Program-made: the position numbers and the translations under genes
Shown: one piece after another, positions 39,262-53,028 of the stretch
Numbering within the stretch: the first letter of the stretch is position 1
Layout: the number at the start of each line of letters is the position of its first letter
Source of the DNA: Octopus sinensis
Taxonomy: Eukaryota
Assembly: GCF_006345805.1 (NCBI RefSeq)
Contig: NC_043008.1
Location: 5,766,001 to 5,830,000 of the forward strand
Reading direction: 5' to 3'
DNA length: 64,000 bases
Notes under the pieces: model-generated
Seen by the model: the letters and a program-made list of their open reading frames with translations, nothing else
What the model was told of the DNA's origin: nothing
Database searches by the model: none

Positions 39262-39678
39262 TATGCATACATACATACATACATACATACATACATACAT
39301 ACATACATACATACATGCATACATACATACATACATACATGCATACATACATACATGCATACATACATACATACATAATGCATACATACATACATACATG
39401 CATACATACATACATACATACATGCATACTTACATACATACATAATGCATACATACATACATACATACATGCATACATGCATATATACATGCATACATCC
39501 ATACCTACATACATAATGCATACATACATACATACATGCATAGATTCATTCATTCATACATGCATACATACATGCATATATACATGCATACATCCATACC
39601 TACATACATAATGCATACATACATGCATACATACATACATACATTCATACATACATACATACATACATCATACATACA

Positions 39679-39712
<34 letters not shown>

Positions 39713-39720
39713 CATGCAAT
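39262..39720. repeat. (CATA)n degenerate array
   Basis: Direct reading. Confidence 0.95.
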
Positions 39721-40304
39721 GATACGTACGTTTGTCTGTGTGTAAATGTATCCATTTTGTCTTAATATATTTCTGATTCAATATATTTATCCGTAATCAG
39801 AAAAGAAACTTCAGTTTTATACATAATATAACTGTAACTTTTACTTAAGCATTCCATAAATTAATAGATTGAACTTGAATTTCAGGTTGAAAGAATGTAA
39901 ACAAAATGTTTAGTCATACATCATAAAGGTCACTGTGAGAGATAAACAAGCTTCCTCATATATGTCGCGTTCATGCGTATGTCTGTACATGTGTATGAGA
40001 ATGTGTGAGTATGTGTGTATATATACATATATATATATGTGTGTACACACATACACACATATGTACACGCATACATACATACATACATACATACATACAT
40101 ACATACATACATACATACATACATACATACATACACATATATATATATTTAAGTAGTTGAATGAATTATCCTAGTATGGATAATTCGGTTAACCGATACC
40201 CGGGTAGCAAATTCACGCCAGGAAAATACGGTTGAAACTACATTCCAAGGGCAGAGATCATGTGCTTTCGTGTGGAAATTTGTGTGTTTTTTTAATACAA
40301 ATAA

Positions 40305-40495
40305 GTGAAAGAATGGAGTTGAACGACGATTTAACAAAATTCCTTTATTTTCGACATATGTTTCCACGAGTTCCTTGTCTTTCCTGATGAGAAGGCGGCA
40401 TAATGCACCCCTTATTCCTTCAAAATTAGGAATATGCAGTCTTCGAAACATATGTCGAAAATAAAGGAATTTTGTTAAATCGTCGTTCAACTCCA

Positions 40496-40504
<9 letters not shown>
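40305..40504. repeat. Fold-back element: perfect 60-bp inverted arms (40305-40364 / 40445-40504), 80-bp spacer
   Basis: Arms checked base by base as exact reverse complements. Confidence 0.95.
40368..40470 (+). ncRNA. Complete type I hammerhead ribozyme (Penelope-type)
   Basis: uuccuugucUUUC-CUGAUGA-GAAGGC...GUCUUC-GAAAC-AUAU-GUC/-GAAAauaAAGGAA. Core intact, helix III loop palindromic, predicted cleavage after 40456. Confidence 0.8.
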
Positions 40505-40560
<56 letters not shown>

Positions 40561-40920
40561 TACACGTGTGAGAAAAAGAAAGAAAATGGAATTCACGAGA
40601 CTATTATTCACTACGATCGTTTCGACCGATCATCCTTCAGGGCATTGCAGATAAGGTGCTGTACAAACACACATTCTCACACACACATATACAGACATAT
40701 ACATGGACACAAAGGTTTGTATAGCATCTCACCAGCGAGGAACCGGTGCACGATGGTTCGATACGAACGTTGTGAATAATTCCACTTTCTTTCTCTCATA
40801 TTTTATGAACTCGACGGACACGATGGAATTCCCGAAGTAGATCCAGTGCCACTTAAATCCATACTGTCGACAACATCAAGTAGCGGAATACAGTGAACAG
40901 GCTTTAAACGGCATACGACA

Positions 40921-41280
40921 TTGTGTGGTAAGTAGCTTGCTAACCAACCACATGGTTCCGGGTTCAGTCCCACTGCGTGGCACCTTGGGCAAGTGTCTTC
41001 TGCTATAGCCTCGGGCCGACCAAAGCCTTGTGAGTGGATTTGGTAGACGGAAACTGAAAGAAGCCTGTCGTATATATATATATATATATGCGTGTGTGTG
41101 TGTCCCCCTAGCATTGCTGGTGTGTTTATGTCCCCGCTACTTAGCGGTTCGGCAAAAGAGACCGATAGAATAAATACTGGGCTTACAAAAGAATAAGTCC
41201 CGTGGTCGAGTTGCTCGATTAAAGGCGGTGATCCAGCATGGCCGCAGTCAAATGACTGAAACAAGTAAAAGAGTAAATGA
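40921..41280 (+). mobile_element. SINE family A
   Basis: Near-identical to 5605-6012, starting at tgtgtggtaagtagc. Confidence 0.92.
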
Positions 41281-41282
41281 GA

Positions 41283-41319
<37 letters not shown>

Positions 41320-41611
41320 AGTATATATATATATAGTTAATCCAAACAAGAAAACACAGAAAAAAAAGAGAAAAAAAAAGAGAAAAAAACAGCAACGCAG
41401 GACGTGGAACAATTAAAGTATTATTGACGCTCAGGAAAGAAGGGAAGGAGGGTTTAACGTTTCGAGCGGAGCTCTTCGTCGGAAACAAGGAGAAGGAAAG
41501 ATCCCAAGGAGGGAAGACAGAGGAGAAAATATTTGAGCTGGTGGTGCTTAAGAGATCACATATATATATATATATACCATAAATCTCTGAGCGAGGTAGA
41601 TGCATGACATC

Positions 41612-41779
41612 GTGAAGTATATTTGTCACTTAAATGTGGGTAACACTTAAGGGTGGATGCTACTGTAGCACAGAAAGTGTGCCAATAGCCAGCTGGAGGA
41701 GGTGTCCTCCAGGGGCTACAAGCTTCAGTAGCATCCAGCCTTAAGGGTTAGCCTCATTTAAGTGACAAATATACTTCAC
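41612..41779. mobile_element. MITE, ~55-bp TIRs
   Basis: gtgaagtatatttgtcacttaaatg...ttaagggtggatgctactg / cagtagcatccagccttaaggg...catttaagtgacaaatatacttcac. Confidence 0.8.
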
Positions 41780-41830
41780 TATATACACACACACATATAT
41801 ATATACTTATATATAAACATATATATATAT

Positions 41831-41911
<81 letters not shown>

Positions 41912-41937
41912 GGTAGGTATGTATGTATGTATGTATA

Positions 41938-42272
41938 TATCTTTCATCTTTTACTTGCTTCAGTCATTAGACTGCGACCATGCTGGTGCACCGCCTTGAA
42001 GTATTTTTAGTCGAATGTATCAACCGCAGTACTTACATTTTTATAAGCCTGGTATTTAATCTATTGCTCTCTTTTGCCAAATCGCTAAGTTACGGGGACG
42101 TAAACACACAAGCTGTGTCAAGCTGTGGTGGGGAGACGAATACAGACACAAATACACACACACACACATATATATACATACGATGGACTTCTTTTAATTT
42201 CCATCTACCCAATCTACTCACAAGGCTTTGGACAGCGCGAGGTTATAGTAGAAGACACTTGCCCAAGGTGCC
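41938..42272 (-). mobile_element. SINE family A (head truncated)
   Basis: Reverse complement of family A body and tail. Confidence 0.88.
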
Positions 42273-44211
42273 TTGGTTTCAGTGGAGTAGTAATTAGGCT
42301 TTATGGTGGTTGTTATGGAGAGGTGTTTTGAAGAAACTTTTATTGATTAAATTTGGAGTCATATAATTGTTTAGAATTTATTCATGATGTAGAACATTAT
42401 AGGCAGGTGTGCATATTTAGGTGTGTTCCCTTTTGGTAAGTGGTCATAGGATAAGTTAATAGTAAATATGTGTATCTGTATTTGTATGTAGCTAAAACGG
42501 ATCCCAGTCAACTGCGACGGTGAGGATGTAGCCTTAACGAAATTCTTTGGTAGAGTCAGTGTGGAGTGGTGTATAAGAATGCTTTTCCTTTCGAATTACA
42601 GGTACAATGCATATGTGTTGAGAGAAAGAGAGAAGGAGAAGGAGAGGAGAAAGAAAGAAGGACAAAGAAAGGACGGGAGCGAAAGAGAAAAAGAAAGAGG
42701 GAGAGAGCGTGCAAAATTTTTGTAGCAATATTAACTTTATATCGCGACAGTTTCAAATATTGTCGTGTTTTCGTTTGCAATAATTTAATCAAAAATTTCC
42801 GCCTTCGAAGATGTCTGCATTACGGTTCATCTTTGGCGGTTGTTTGGTTTAATGCAACGATGAATTCACATATGATAAATGCTTTCACAGACTCTTTCAG
42901 TAAACATGATCATTCGAAATGTTGGCGGTTTTGGCGATTTCGGTATTCTTCTAAATTTATGTACGAAGAAGAGAATACAAGAATTAGAAACTCTCAACAT
43001 TAAACTAATCAACTGGACATATGGTAATTAGTCCAGACTATCTCATACGTGTGTGTGGTGTGTGTGTTATATAGTTATGAAGTCAGATAAACTTAGATAT
43101 GTTTGAACAAGTCCTTCTATATTCACATAAGTATGTATGTAATGTATTTATGTATGTATGTATATATACATATACATACATGTATGTATGTTTATATGTA
43201 CACAAATAGAAGCGTTTGTTTCAAACAGTCTGTTCTAATTTCACGTGAACTTCAATTATCGATTAGAGGATTAGTGGTGAGGCTATTTGGTGTTTCCATC
43301 AACAGAAATTAGAATAATAGCAGACCATTTTATTATCAGTCACTGATTTAGTAGACAAGAATGACAGACCGAAGCCAAAGAAAATCTATATTGATTGAGA
43401 ATATTATTCTTCTAGATGACCCAAGGGCCAGGAAAATATATTTGGAAAATGGACTGATGTTGATATTAGTCTTTGTTTTTTTTTTATAGTTTGCTTGTTA
43501 TATGCTTTTGTATTATTTATATTAATGAAAAATTACATCAACATTATAAACTGAATTGTTGTGGAGATTATGTCTAAGGCCCATCAAAATATCTGCCATA
43601 TTCTAAATACGCTGCGCTCTCTGACTATTTCCCTTTCTTGCTGTATTTGCAACAGTTTCTCTCTCTTTCTCTCTCTCTCTCTCATTATCTCTCAGGCAGA
43701 ATCGGCATGAGTAAGTGTGTGTGACAAGGCCGAACCTTCTGAATTATAATCTGCCTTACAGGCTTTTATCTATTCAGCCAATACCACTCAATGTGTGGGT
43801 CGACCCGAGACAATAGAAAATTATGTTCGCTCACAATGCCACACAGTAATACCAAAGATGACGCCTTGTGGCGGATGTGCCATTCAAATGACCTATTTTG
43901 GAGAATTTCTTTGTTCTTGTGATTGTTTCGCCCTTCTCATTTCGAGTTGGTACCAATTGCCACCAGGCAACTGGACTTCCTTTTTTCTCGACCAAAGATA
44001 ATTTCAATAAAAGAATCTCTTTTGTATATCATTTAACATAATCTATGTATTGCTTCGACAATACATTTACTAAAAAATTGGAACGACGCAGAGAAGATTT
44101 AACATATCTTATACATAGTGTCTTTGCTGTTATTGACGATGTGATGGTGGTAAGATTTTGATCGTGGGTGGCGATGAAAGAGTCCTCTGATTCTGACTTT
44201 AGTCCAATATG

Positions 44212-44464
44212 TCTTTTGCCGAACCGCTAAGTTACGGGGAAGTAAACACACCAAAATCGGTTGTCAAGCGGTGATGGGTGCAAATATAGACACAAAGACA
44301 CACACGACGGGCTTCCTCTCAGTTTCTGTCTACCAAATCCACTCGCAAGGTTTTGGTCGGCACAAGGCTATAGTAGAATACACTTACCCAAGGTGTCGCG
44401 CAGTGGGGCTGAACCCCGAACCATGTGGTTGGGAAGCAGACTTCTTACCACGCAGCTACGCCTA
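44212..44464 (-). mobile_element. SINE family A (tail truncated)
   Basis: ttttgccgaaccgctaagttacgggga...cacacagctacgcc-like head end. Confidence 0.85.
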
Positions 44465-44955
44465 TGTTAGTGATTTCTTGCTCTATCGAAATGAACTGAC
44501 TTAATTATATAATTAAAAAAAATCTTATCTAGTTTAACGAGTTCCCTAGCATCAAACTCTTGGTCCTTGTGTTACCAAAGTAGCTTGTCCTTCATAAATG
44601 TGATAACACAGGCAGAAATATATACACAAGTATGCACTTATATAGGCACGTACGTCCAATAAATGTAGGTGTGTATCTTTATGTGCGTGGGTGTATGGGT
44701 ATTGGACCTGTTGTGATTTTGGCTTCTGATATAGTTCAGATATTTTCTAATATATTATTGATATTGTCGTATAAATTATGTTAGGAATGTTTGAGCAGTC
44801 TTATGATACTGGGCTGAACTGTAAGGGCATCCCCCACAAAATCACAGTGTACTCAGTTTTGTTGTTGAGTGAGATTGTTGGTTATATTTGATGATGTCTG
44901 CTCTTGCTGGCACAAAGTGATGCAGTAGAATTACTACTGAAATACCATCTTTCTG

Positions 44956-45425
44956 TCTAACTTAACGGGGATGTTGTGTTAGACCACATCATACCTTTCA
45001 TATGGACACATGGTGCATAAAAGCACTCATATTTATATCGTTGGCAGACGAGAATCGTTTGGAACGGGTGCCGGAACTGCCAGATCAGGTGATTTCACCT
45101 TGCTTGGGCTCTTCAGTAGTAGACGTCCGGTAGCAGCATATCAGCTGAATCTCACCGTTAATGATATCTAGAAATTCAGTGTCTTTTGAGACACTGATAT
45201 CGTAAATAGCCAGCAGGCTTCTTAAAAAATAATTAATAGCGACAGAAGCAATCTTAATATCCAACTTAACGTGAATGTTGTGTTAAAATACCGAATACTT
45301 TGTTATTTACCTTGAAAAGGCCTCTCATATGGAAGAATGGAGCATAAAAACACTTATATTTATATCATTGGCAGACGAGAATTGTCCAGTAAAGGTGCCG
45401 GAAATGCCAGATCACGTGAAACAAA
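44956..45425 (-). mobile_element. Tandem partial pLTR pair of a Penelope-like element
   Basis: Direct repeat units 44956-45091 and 45260-45419 (aacttaacg..atgttgtgtt; atttatatc.ttggcagacgagaat; ggtgccggaa.tgccagatca.gtga). Unit 1 continues into a hammerhead. Confidence 0.6.
45071..45130 (-). ncRNA. Type I hammerhead ribozyme, mildly decayed
   Basis: ccgga..CUACUA-CUGAAGA-GCCC aagca AGGU-GAAAU-CACCUG-AUC/-UGGCAG uuccgg. Confidence 0.6.
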
Positions 45426-46699
45426 ACCATTTCCCTCAGCACTTGCGAACACTCAGAATAAATTATTTTTGTTGCTTTTATTTTTTTTCTAGCTAATTGT
45501 AATTTCACATATTGAGATATTTCAAATACCATTATTGTTGTTGCTGTTGCTGTTGGAGAGTCGCTTTATTCTTTTGTTCATATTTTTGCCAACTGAGACG
45601 ATCTACTTGGTTGAAGACTCACTCACATGAATTATTTCCGTTTTGTCTTATATTTGTTTGCGTCAAAACAATCATATTTAGCAATATAAAATTCAATACG
45701 CTTTCCTTTACAAACAATATCACTCACTTTTCTAAAGCATTTTTAAATAAAAAATACCAACAAATTGAACATAAAGTATTAAATAAAAGCTGATTATCAA
45801 GCGAAAACAAACAAATGAAGAGTTGGCACCATATTTGTTTCATTTTGACGCACCAGTGGGAAAAGTTCTAAATTTCTAAAGGACACAGAAACACGGCATA
45901 AAGTTTAAAAGCGATTTTCGAATTATTTGACCCGATGATGTATTAGATTTTTCTAGTCTAATTAATTTTGCCACCAACAGAAAGCTAACGATTATTGCAA
46001 TCGAACGGTGGCTGGTTTCTGTAATGAAAAGCATCAAAGTGCCAAAACATCAAAGAAGCAAACAGTTTATGCTTACCTAAAAATGAAAGACTTACTGTTG
46101 ACGTTTTATTGCATTTGCTAAGGTCTAAACACTCATTAAACGAGTTAGCCCTGAGTTGTTCAGCTACTTTTGGTGTCGTTAGCTCGTTTGGTCTAATTGG
46201 TTTAACTAGTGATTCGCCAGCTCATTTAGTGACCGTTTGTGTTGGTTGGTACCATTATGGCTAATAGTAGAGAAACAGCATTGACTACTATAACAACTGT
46301 TGCTACAACTCGTTTCTTATTTGGTGTCGCTGCTGTAGGATTTACAGGCTGCAAAATATGGTAGCGTTTTGATGCTGTGGAAAAATTAGTTCTTCGAAAT
46401 ACGACTGACTTGTTTATGACTTCAGTTTAAATATATGAGGAGATAGATTCATATTTTACATTTTTATCAACTGATGACTTAACATCATAATTATAGACGA
46501 CAGGGTACCTTTGTACTCTTGGAATAAAATTTTGGCACTCCAGTTTACGATGGCAAACTCCATATGCTTTGAAAATGCGAAACGCTTTTATCACTATAAT
46601 TAAAGTAGCAATTAATGTGGCTTAACAAGAAGCTCAAAGATACATAATTTTATCAGCTCTGATGAGTTCTATAGATGTCTTAATTAGTAAGTTGAAACT

Positions 46700-46880
46700 A
46701 GCATAAAACAAGAGAAAAGAGTTACTCGAAGCAGACTGGTGACCATAACAACACCAATCTGCACAGGTCACTACCTTCTCTCACATATCTGAGCAACAGC
46801 AGCAGCTTTACTACGTCTCCCATTTCTCCCCATGTCCTGATGAAGGGGTCCTAATTCCGAAATATTGAAGAAATACGAGG
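46700..46880 (+). mobile_element. Highly decayed Penelope-like 3' end with hammerhead-like core
   Basis: CUGAUGA-A-GGG...UCC-GAAA at 46837-46862 after an RE.LLEA-like peptide; helices I and III are not recoverable. Confidence 0.3.
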
Positions 46881-46963
46881 TGGGAACTTCGGCATTAGTT
46901 CTGTGTTCGCCTTTTGTTCACTTTCATATTTCATTTCGCATTGTTTCAGCCTTAACAATTATA

Positions 46964-47290
<327 letters not shown>

Positions 47291-47736
47291 TGTGTGTGTG
47301 TATAGAGAGAGAGATGAGGGGGGAGAGAAGGGAAAAAGGGACAGAGAAATGGAGACACAGAAAGAGAGAGAGTGTGTATATGTGTGTGTATGTGTGTGTG
47401 TAAGTGCGTTTGTGCGCGTGCGTTAGCGCGTGAGTGCATGTGTGACAAAGAGATGTGAGAAGATAATACAGAACTTGGAAGCCATGTTGTCTGGGTTCAG
47501 TTGAACAAGTTTCCCGGATCTGTCAATTCTGACAAATTATTAAGTTCCTTGTTGTTTTACGAACAGATAACACGGATTAACAGTCTATATGTTTATAGAA
47601 TAATATGAGTGGGAATGGTGGATGAATTGTGTTAAAAATACAATAAAATGAAAATTTATTAGGATAAAACCTGTCATTTCTATACCTTCCCCTATGTACA
47701 ATATCGTTTTATGTGAATATTATATTTGTCGTTACG

Positions 47737-47786
<50 letters not shown>

Positions 47787-48075
47787 ACAAAGAGTGGTTA
47801 AAGCTAAACTTCAACGCGTTGAATGGCCGTTGTTTTTTTTAAATAAAAATGAAATAAAAATACAAACGGACTTTTCTCCTTGGAACGCAAATGATGTAAG
47901 GCGGGCAAAACGAATGAAGTCTATTTTATTAGTCCCTGTGGTCAATACAAAACTAGTTTCACGATTAACGTACCAGCTAAATAAATTGATTTTAAAAAAT
48001 AAATTTAATTCAGAAGCACAATTTTCAATCTTTATCTGAATACACCATATTTTAAGAAAAATATAAATAACTATA

Positions 48076-48250
48076 GGCGCAGGAGTGGCTGTGTGGTAAG
48101 TAGCTTGCTAACCAACCACATGGTTCCGGGTTCAGTCCCACTGCATTGCATCTTGGGCAAGTGTCTTCTGCTATAGCCCCGGGCCGACCAAAGCCTTGTG
48201 AGTGGATTTGGTAGACAGAAACTGAAAGAAGCCTGTCGTATATATGTATA

Positions 48251-48315
<65 letters not shown>

Positions 48316-48570
48316 ATATTATATATATATATATATTATATATATATATGTATATATGTATGTGTGTGTTTGTGTGTCTGTGTTTGTCCCCCTAGCATTG
48401 TTTGACAACCGATGCTGGTGTGTTTGCGTCCCCGTCACTTAGCGGTTCGGCAAAAGAAACCGATAGAATAAGTACTGGGCTTACAAAGAATAAGTCCCGG
48501 GGTCGATTTGCTCGACTAAAGGCGGTGCTCCAGCATGCCCGCAGTCAAATGACTGAAACAAGTAAAACTA
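48076..48570 (+). mobile_element. SINE family A, full length, expanded central (TA)n
   Basis: Near-identical to 5605-6012. Confidence 0.93.
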
Positions 48571-48903
48571 TAAAATGAATTTACCTTCATTTATCCACAT
48601 CACTTCGTAACCCAAGGTATTTAGTATTGAAAAATTCTAATCTGTCGCTGGGCCTACAGCGACAAATTATGTATATATATATATATATATATATATACTC
48701 ACACACGCGTGTATGTGAGTATGTATATAGATTCATATACACACGCGTGTGTGTGAGTATGTATATAGATATATATATACATGTGTGTGTGCGTACATGT
48801 ATGTGTGTGTGTATACGTGTGCGTATGCGGATTCTATGAATGAAGTATTACTTTCACCATGCCTATTGGAGTAATTTCCCTTTATTTAACGGCTTTATTC
48901 ATA

Positions 48904-49078
48904 GCGTTTTGTCTCAATGACTGATAAGATGCCGGAGTAGACTTCAGCCTTGGCATCCGAAACTGTGTTTTATTATGACAACCAACTAATTTCCACATAT
49001 TATATTTATAGATAAATTCCTCTATTTTACATAAAATCGAGGTCTCATTCAGTCCTTTGTTGTCATATTATCATTAAT
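48904..49078 (+). mobile_element. Solo ~175-bp hammerhead-bearing unit, same family as 60570-60837
   Basis: ctgataagatgccggagtagacttcagccttggcatccgaaac...ataaattcctctattttacata..atcgaggtctcattc is the reverse complement of 60570-60745. Core carries G8A. Confidence 0.8.
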
Positions 49079-49093
49079 ATATATATAATAGTA

Positions 49094-49178
<85 letters not shown>

Positions 49179-50519
49179 GACGTTTATGTATTTGTTTTGC
49201 AAGATTTCTGATCTGAATCGTGTGTTGAAACAGTTATTGTTATATTTCAGGTGGTCATTTTTCTTTACAAATAACCACACACACAATATACACGTTTTTT
49301 CACTTCAGTTTTTATTATTGTTCTTATTTTAGTGTCCTTTCTCTGAAATCTTTCGTCACACATCCTGTAACCTCTTCAGTGACTCACCATCCCACGTGTC
49401 TCCTTTTCAGGAGGAGACACGCGAGAGGGAGAGTCATTGAAGGGATCACAGGATGCAAAAAAAAGGATAAAAAATAGCCATCCCCAAATATAACAGTATA
49501 TTTTAGTGCTTCGCTGATTATTTTCAAAATCTTATTGTTGGTACGTTGGGAAAAATCAAATGCAAAATCGAGGCCCTTTTCGTGAACCACCAAATAATTT
49601 TTCCTGAGTTCACAATTTGAAAAACTCCAACGAAAACACCTTGAAGCATTATGCTGAATTTATTTTTGTGCGTTGTAATCTAAATTCAAATCTTTTACGA
49701 TCCTGATAAACTGCTCCAGTCTTTTTTCTCATTTTCCCTCCTTATTTTTATTCTAGACGTTTAGTCCCAAGTTAACACTAACGCAATGTTTTCTTTGCTT
49801 TCGCAGGTGTTCTCACAACAATCAATATGCAACACTTTGAATAGAACAATTATCACATTAACCTTATAGATTTGTGTATATACACACCAGATAAGGATAG
49901 ACTAACATGATATAAAGATTGCTACTTCTTTTACAGACTATTACACGCCATTTTGTGGGAGGAAGTTCTATTGACTTTTCGACTCAGTTACGTCGTTCAC
50001 TACACGTTAATTATCCGTCAGCATTTGCAGCTTAAGCTTACTTGACACATGAATACTTTTCACCAGAAGATTCCAAACTGAAAATGACTTTAGATAACTG
50101 ATTTAAAGCCTGGAACGGAACACTGAATACTTTTATCGACACAGAAAACAATTAATGTGTCTAAATGTATGATCAGGTGTATTAGAATAATTCTGCTTCA
50201 CTGTATCTATCCTACAATTATGTCAAGTTAATAACTGTAACAATGTATTTGTCAATCACTCTTACTGTTACCAATTGTGAAGAATATATTTCCCTGGGGA
50301 GGTTTAATAGAACTACGATAGTTTCTTGCGCAATATCACTTTAAGGACCATTTCCATTCCAATCTGTATTATCAATATTTACCCAATACTACAATTAACT
50401 GTTATTGGAATTATCATCCCCTCACTTCCCCTTACTTTCCTCTATTTCTTCCCTCTCTCTTTCTCTCTCTCTCTCTCTTCCACATACACAGATATATCTA
50501 TACATACATATCCATCCAT

Positions 50520-50536
50520 CTATCTATCTATCTATA

Positions 50537-50628
<92 letters not shown>

Positions 50629-50735
50629 AGACTGTACGTATGTATGTCTATGTATGTATGTATGTCTATGTATGTATGTATTGTATGTATGTATGTATGT
50701 ATGTATGTATGTATGTATGTATGTATGTACGTACG
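50520..50735. repeat. (TCTA)n followed by (TATG)n
   Basis: Direct reading. Confidence 0.95.
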
Positions 50736-51124
50736 TACGTTGGTATAATTGGTGAATTTGTCCGTCAGAAATGCTTATCTTAAAATCCGAAAGGATTTAT
50801 AGATCAGTATTTACTCCTGGCTCGAAGCAGTTGTAAATATAATCTCTGTGGATTGAATACCGGTCAACTCCAAGAAACATTTCCTGATAAATGGACAATT
50901 CTGATATCAAAAACGCACATCAAAACGCCTGCAGTAGTTTCGAAATTCCAGCATGTATAAGGAGAGGTCAGAATCCTTCTATACGTAAATATTCATAACC
51001 ATCATGATACTGATGATTAATTTGCAATGCTCACTAGTGTATGCTTTAACAGGTGATTTTCTGTGATTTTAAGGCGCCGAAGTGATAGAATCGTTTATGC
51101 GTCGGAAAAATATTTTTATAAAAA

Positions 51125-51700
51125 CAAAGGACTGGGTATCATAGTTAGATTAAGATCAAATGGGCCAGACGTAACAAAGTGATGAGAGGTGGAAAGACGT
51201 GTGAGTCAGGGCGCCTAAGTGGTTGTGGTAGGACACCAGCGAGTTCTGAGGATCAGAGACCAGTATATTAGCGATAGAAAAAGGAGGAGAGGAAGAAGAG
51301 AACATGCCTGTGGGTTAGAAACTGAAACATGTTCGATAGTGATTTAATGTCAGTCGTTCGAGTGGCTCAGGAGGTCTGTAAACGTTTTAGCTGCTGCACT
51401 GTCACAAATGTGGAACCAATTTTCCAATATGTGCCTCACTGAGTTTTGTAGATTGTCAGAAAATTGTTGGTGACTAAAATGTGTCCGGCCCAAAGAGGAA
51501 GATTTAATTCTTTAGGGTATAGTTATGGCTGTATTGAGGATGCGCTTTTCGCCAGGAGGAATCCCCGGTGATAGCGAATGCTAGAATTTAGATAGAAAGA
51601 CTGAGTGGCACTCGTCTTTATGGAGATAATGGAAGCAGGGAGTTGCTCTAAGTCTTCCTGTCGAAATCCCCAGTTCGTTCTTCCCACACTCAATAACTTC
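51125..51700 (-). mobile_element. CR1/L2-group LINE C-terminal fragment
   Basis: Minus frames give SFFYR.Y.GL.SSELAGVLPQPLRRP.LTRLSTSH, typical of this group's C-terminus; degenerate. Confidence 0.55.
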
Positions 51701-52165
51701 TGCTTCATACCTTAATTAGCAATACTGCTATCATGTTGCCTTCTTGTTTGATGTTTTCAGTACTTAGTTTTGATTTTAAATCTTCATTCTTCGAAAATGT
51801 TTTCTGGGAACAATCTTTATAATTTTATTACCTTCCAGTATCACAAGAAACTTATTTGCTTTTCCTGCATTTAAAAAGTTCTATATTTTCACCATCAGCT
51901 AGGTCCAGTCCACTTCATGATTTCCTTCCATTTCATCTCTATGAGAGCATAATTCTCGATTCCGAATGTCGTCCGAATGTCATCAATCACCATTCTAACC
52001 GTTAACACTATTGTAGTATAGTCGTTTCCAGCCTTTTCCACAAACCTTTCAATTGTCTATCAAAAGAGAGTTCACATTTCCCCCTAATCTTTGTCAGAGA
52101 ATACCTCTTCTTAAACTTTGATGAGTATAAGTGACAAGGAACCAATTCTATTTCAAACACGATAT

Positions 52166-52296
<131 letters not shown>

Positions 52297-52662
52297 CCTT
52301 GAAGATTCCTCTACTAATCTGCTAATGTTTCTTCTCCAGATGCTACCTCTAATCCCCAATGATTCATTGTATTTTGTTTCAGACCTCTAACTTTCTTCGT
52401 GATATTTCTAGGCATCGCTCTGTCCAAGAGTGCCATATGCCCTTCGGTGATCGATCCACACGATTCATATATATGAGAATAGTAGATTTAAAGATTAACT
52501 ACAGCCGGTGTCTTTAATCAATATACCACCCTCATGAAGATTGCCAGCCATAGCTAAAATAGGCCAGCTGCTCATGACAGTCGGTCGATTCAAAGGATCG
52601 TCTGTTATTGTACCTGTTGACGAACAAACCTCTAAAAATTAATTAGAAGACATGGACTATAT

Positions 52663-52723
<61 letters not shown>

Positions 52724-52743
52724 GTATATATATATATATATAT

Positions 52744-52910
52744 ATATTGTTATATTTCGGAATGGTCATTTGCCAGTTTAGCCAATAAAAACCAAACGCA
52801 CTATATTTGGTGGATTTTGCTTCAGTGTTATTTATCATAACACCAAATATATAGTGCTGTGGTTTTATTGGCTAAACTGGCAAAATGACCATTCCGAAAT
52901 ATAACAATAT
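52744..52910. repeat. Fold-back element, ~69-bp arms, 28-bp spacer
   Basis: atattgttatatttcggaatggtcatttgccagtttagccaataaaa...tatttggtg / caccaaata...ttttattggctaaactggcaaaatgaccattccgaaatataacaatat. Confidence 0.9.
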
Positions 52911-52984
52911 CTGTGTTTCAACACACGACTTCACATAAAAAAATCTTGCACAACAAATATTTAAACGTATATATATCTATATAT

Positions 52985-53028
<44 letters not shown>

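Noticed and set aside
46657-46705. CTGATGAGTTCTA...GAAACTAGC
   Set aside because: Helix II and the cleavage triplet are not recoverable; at most a very old remnant.
49790-49845. Strong splice acceptor ttttctttgctttcgcag followed by a short frame to a stop
   Set aside because: No partner exon or homology; such acceptors occur by chance in T-rich DNA.
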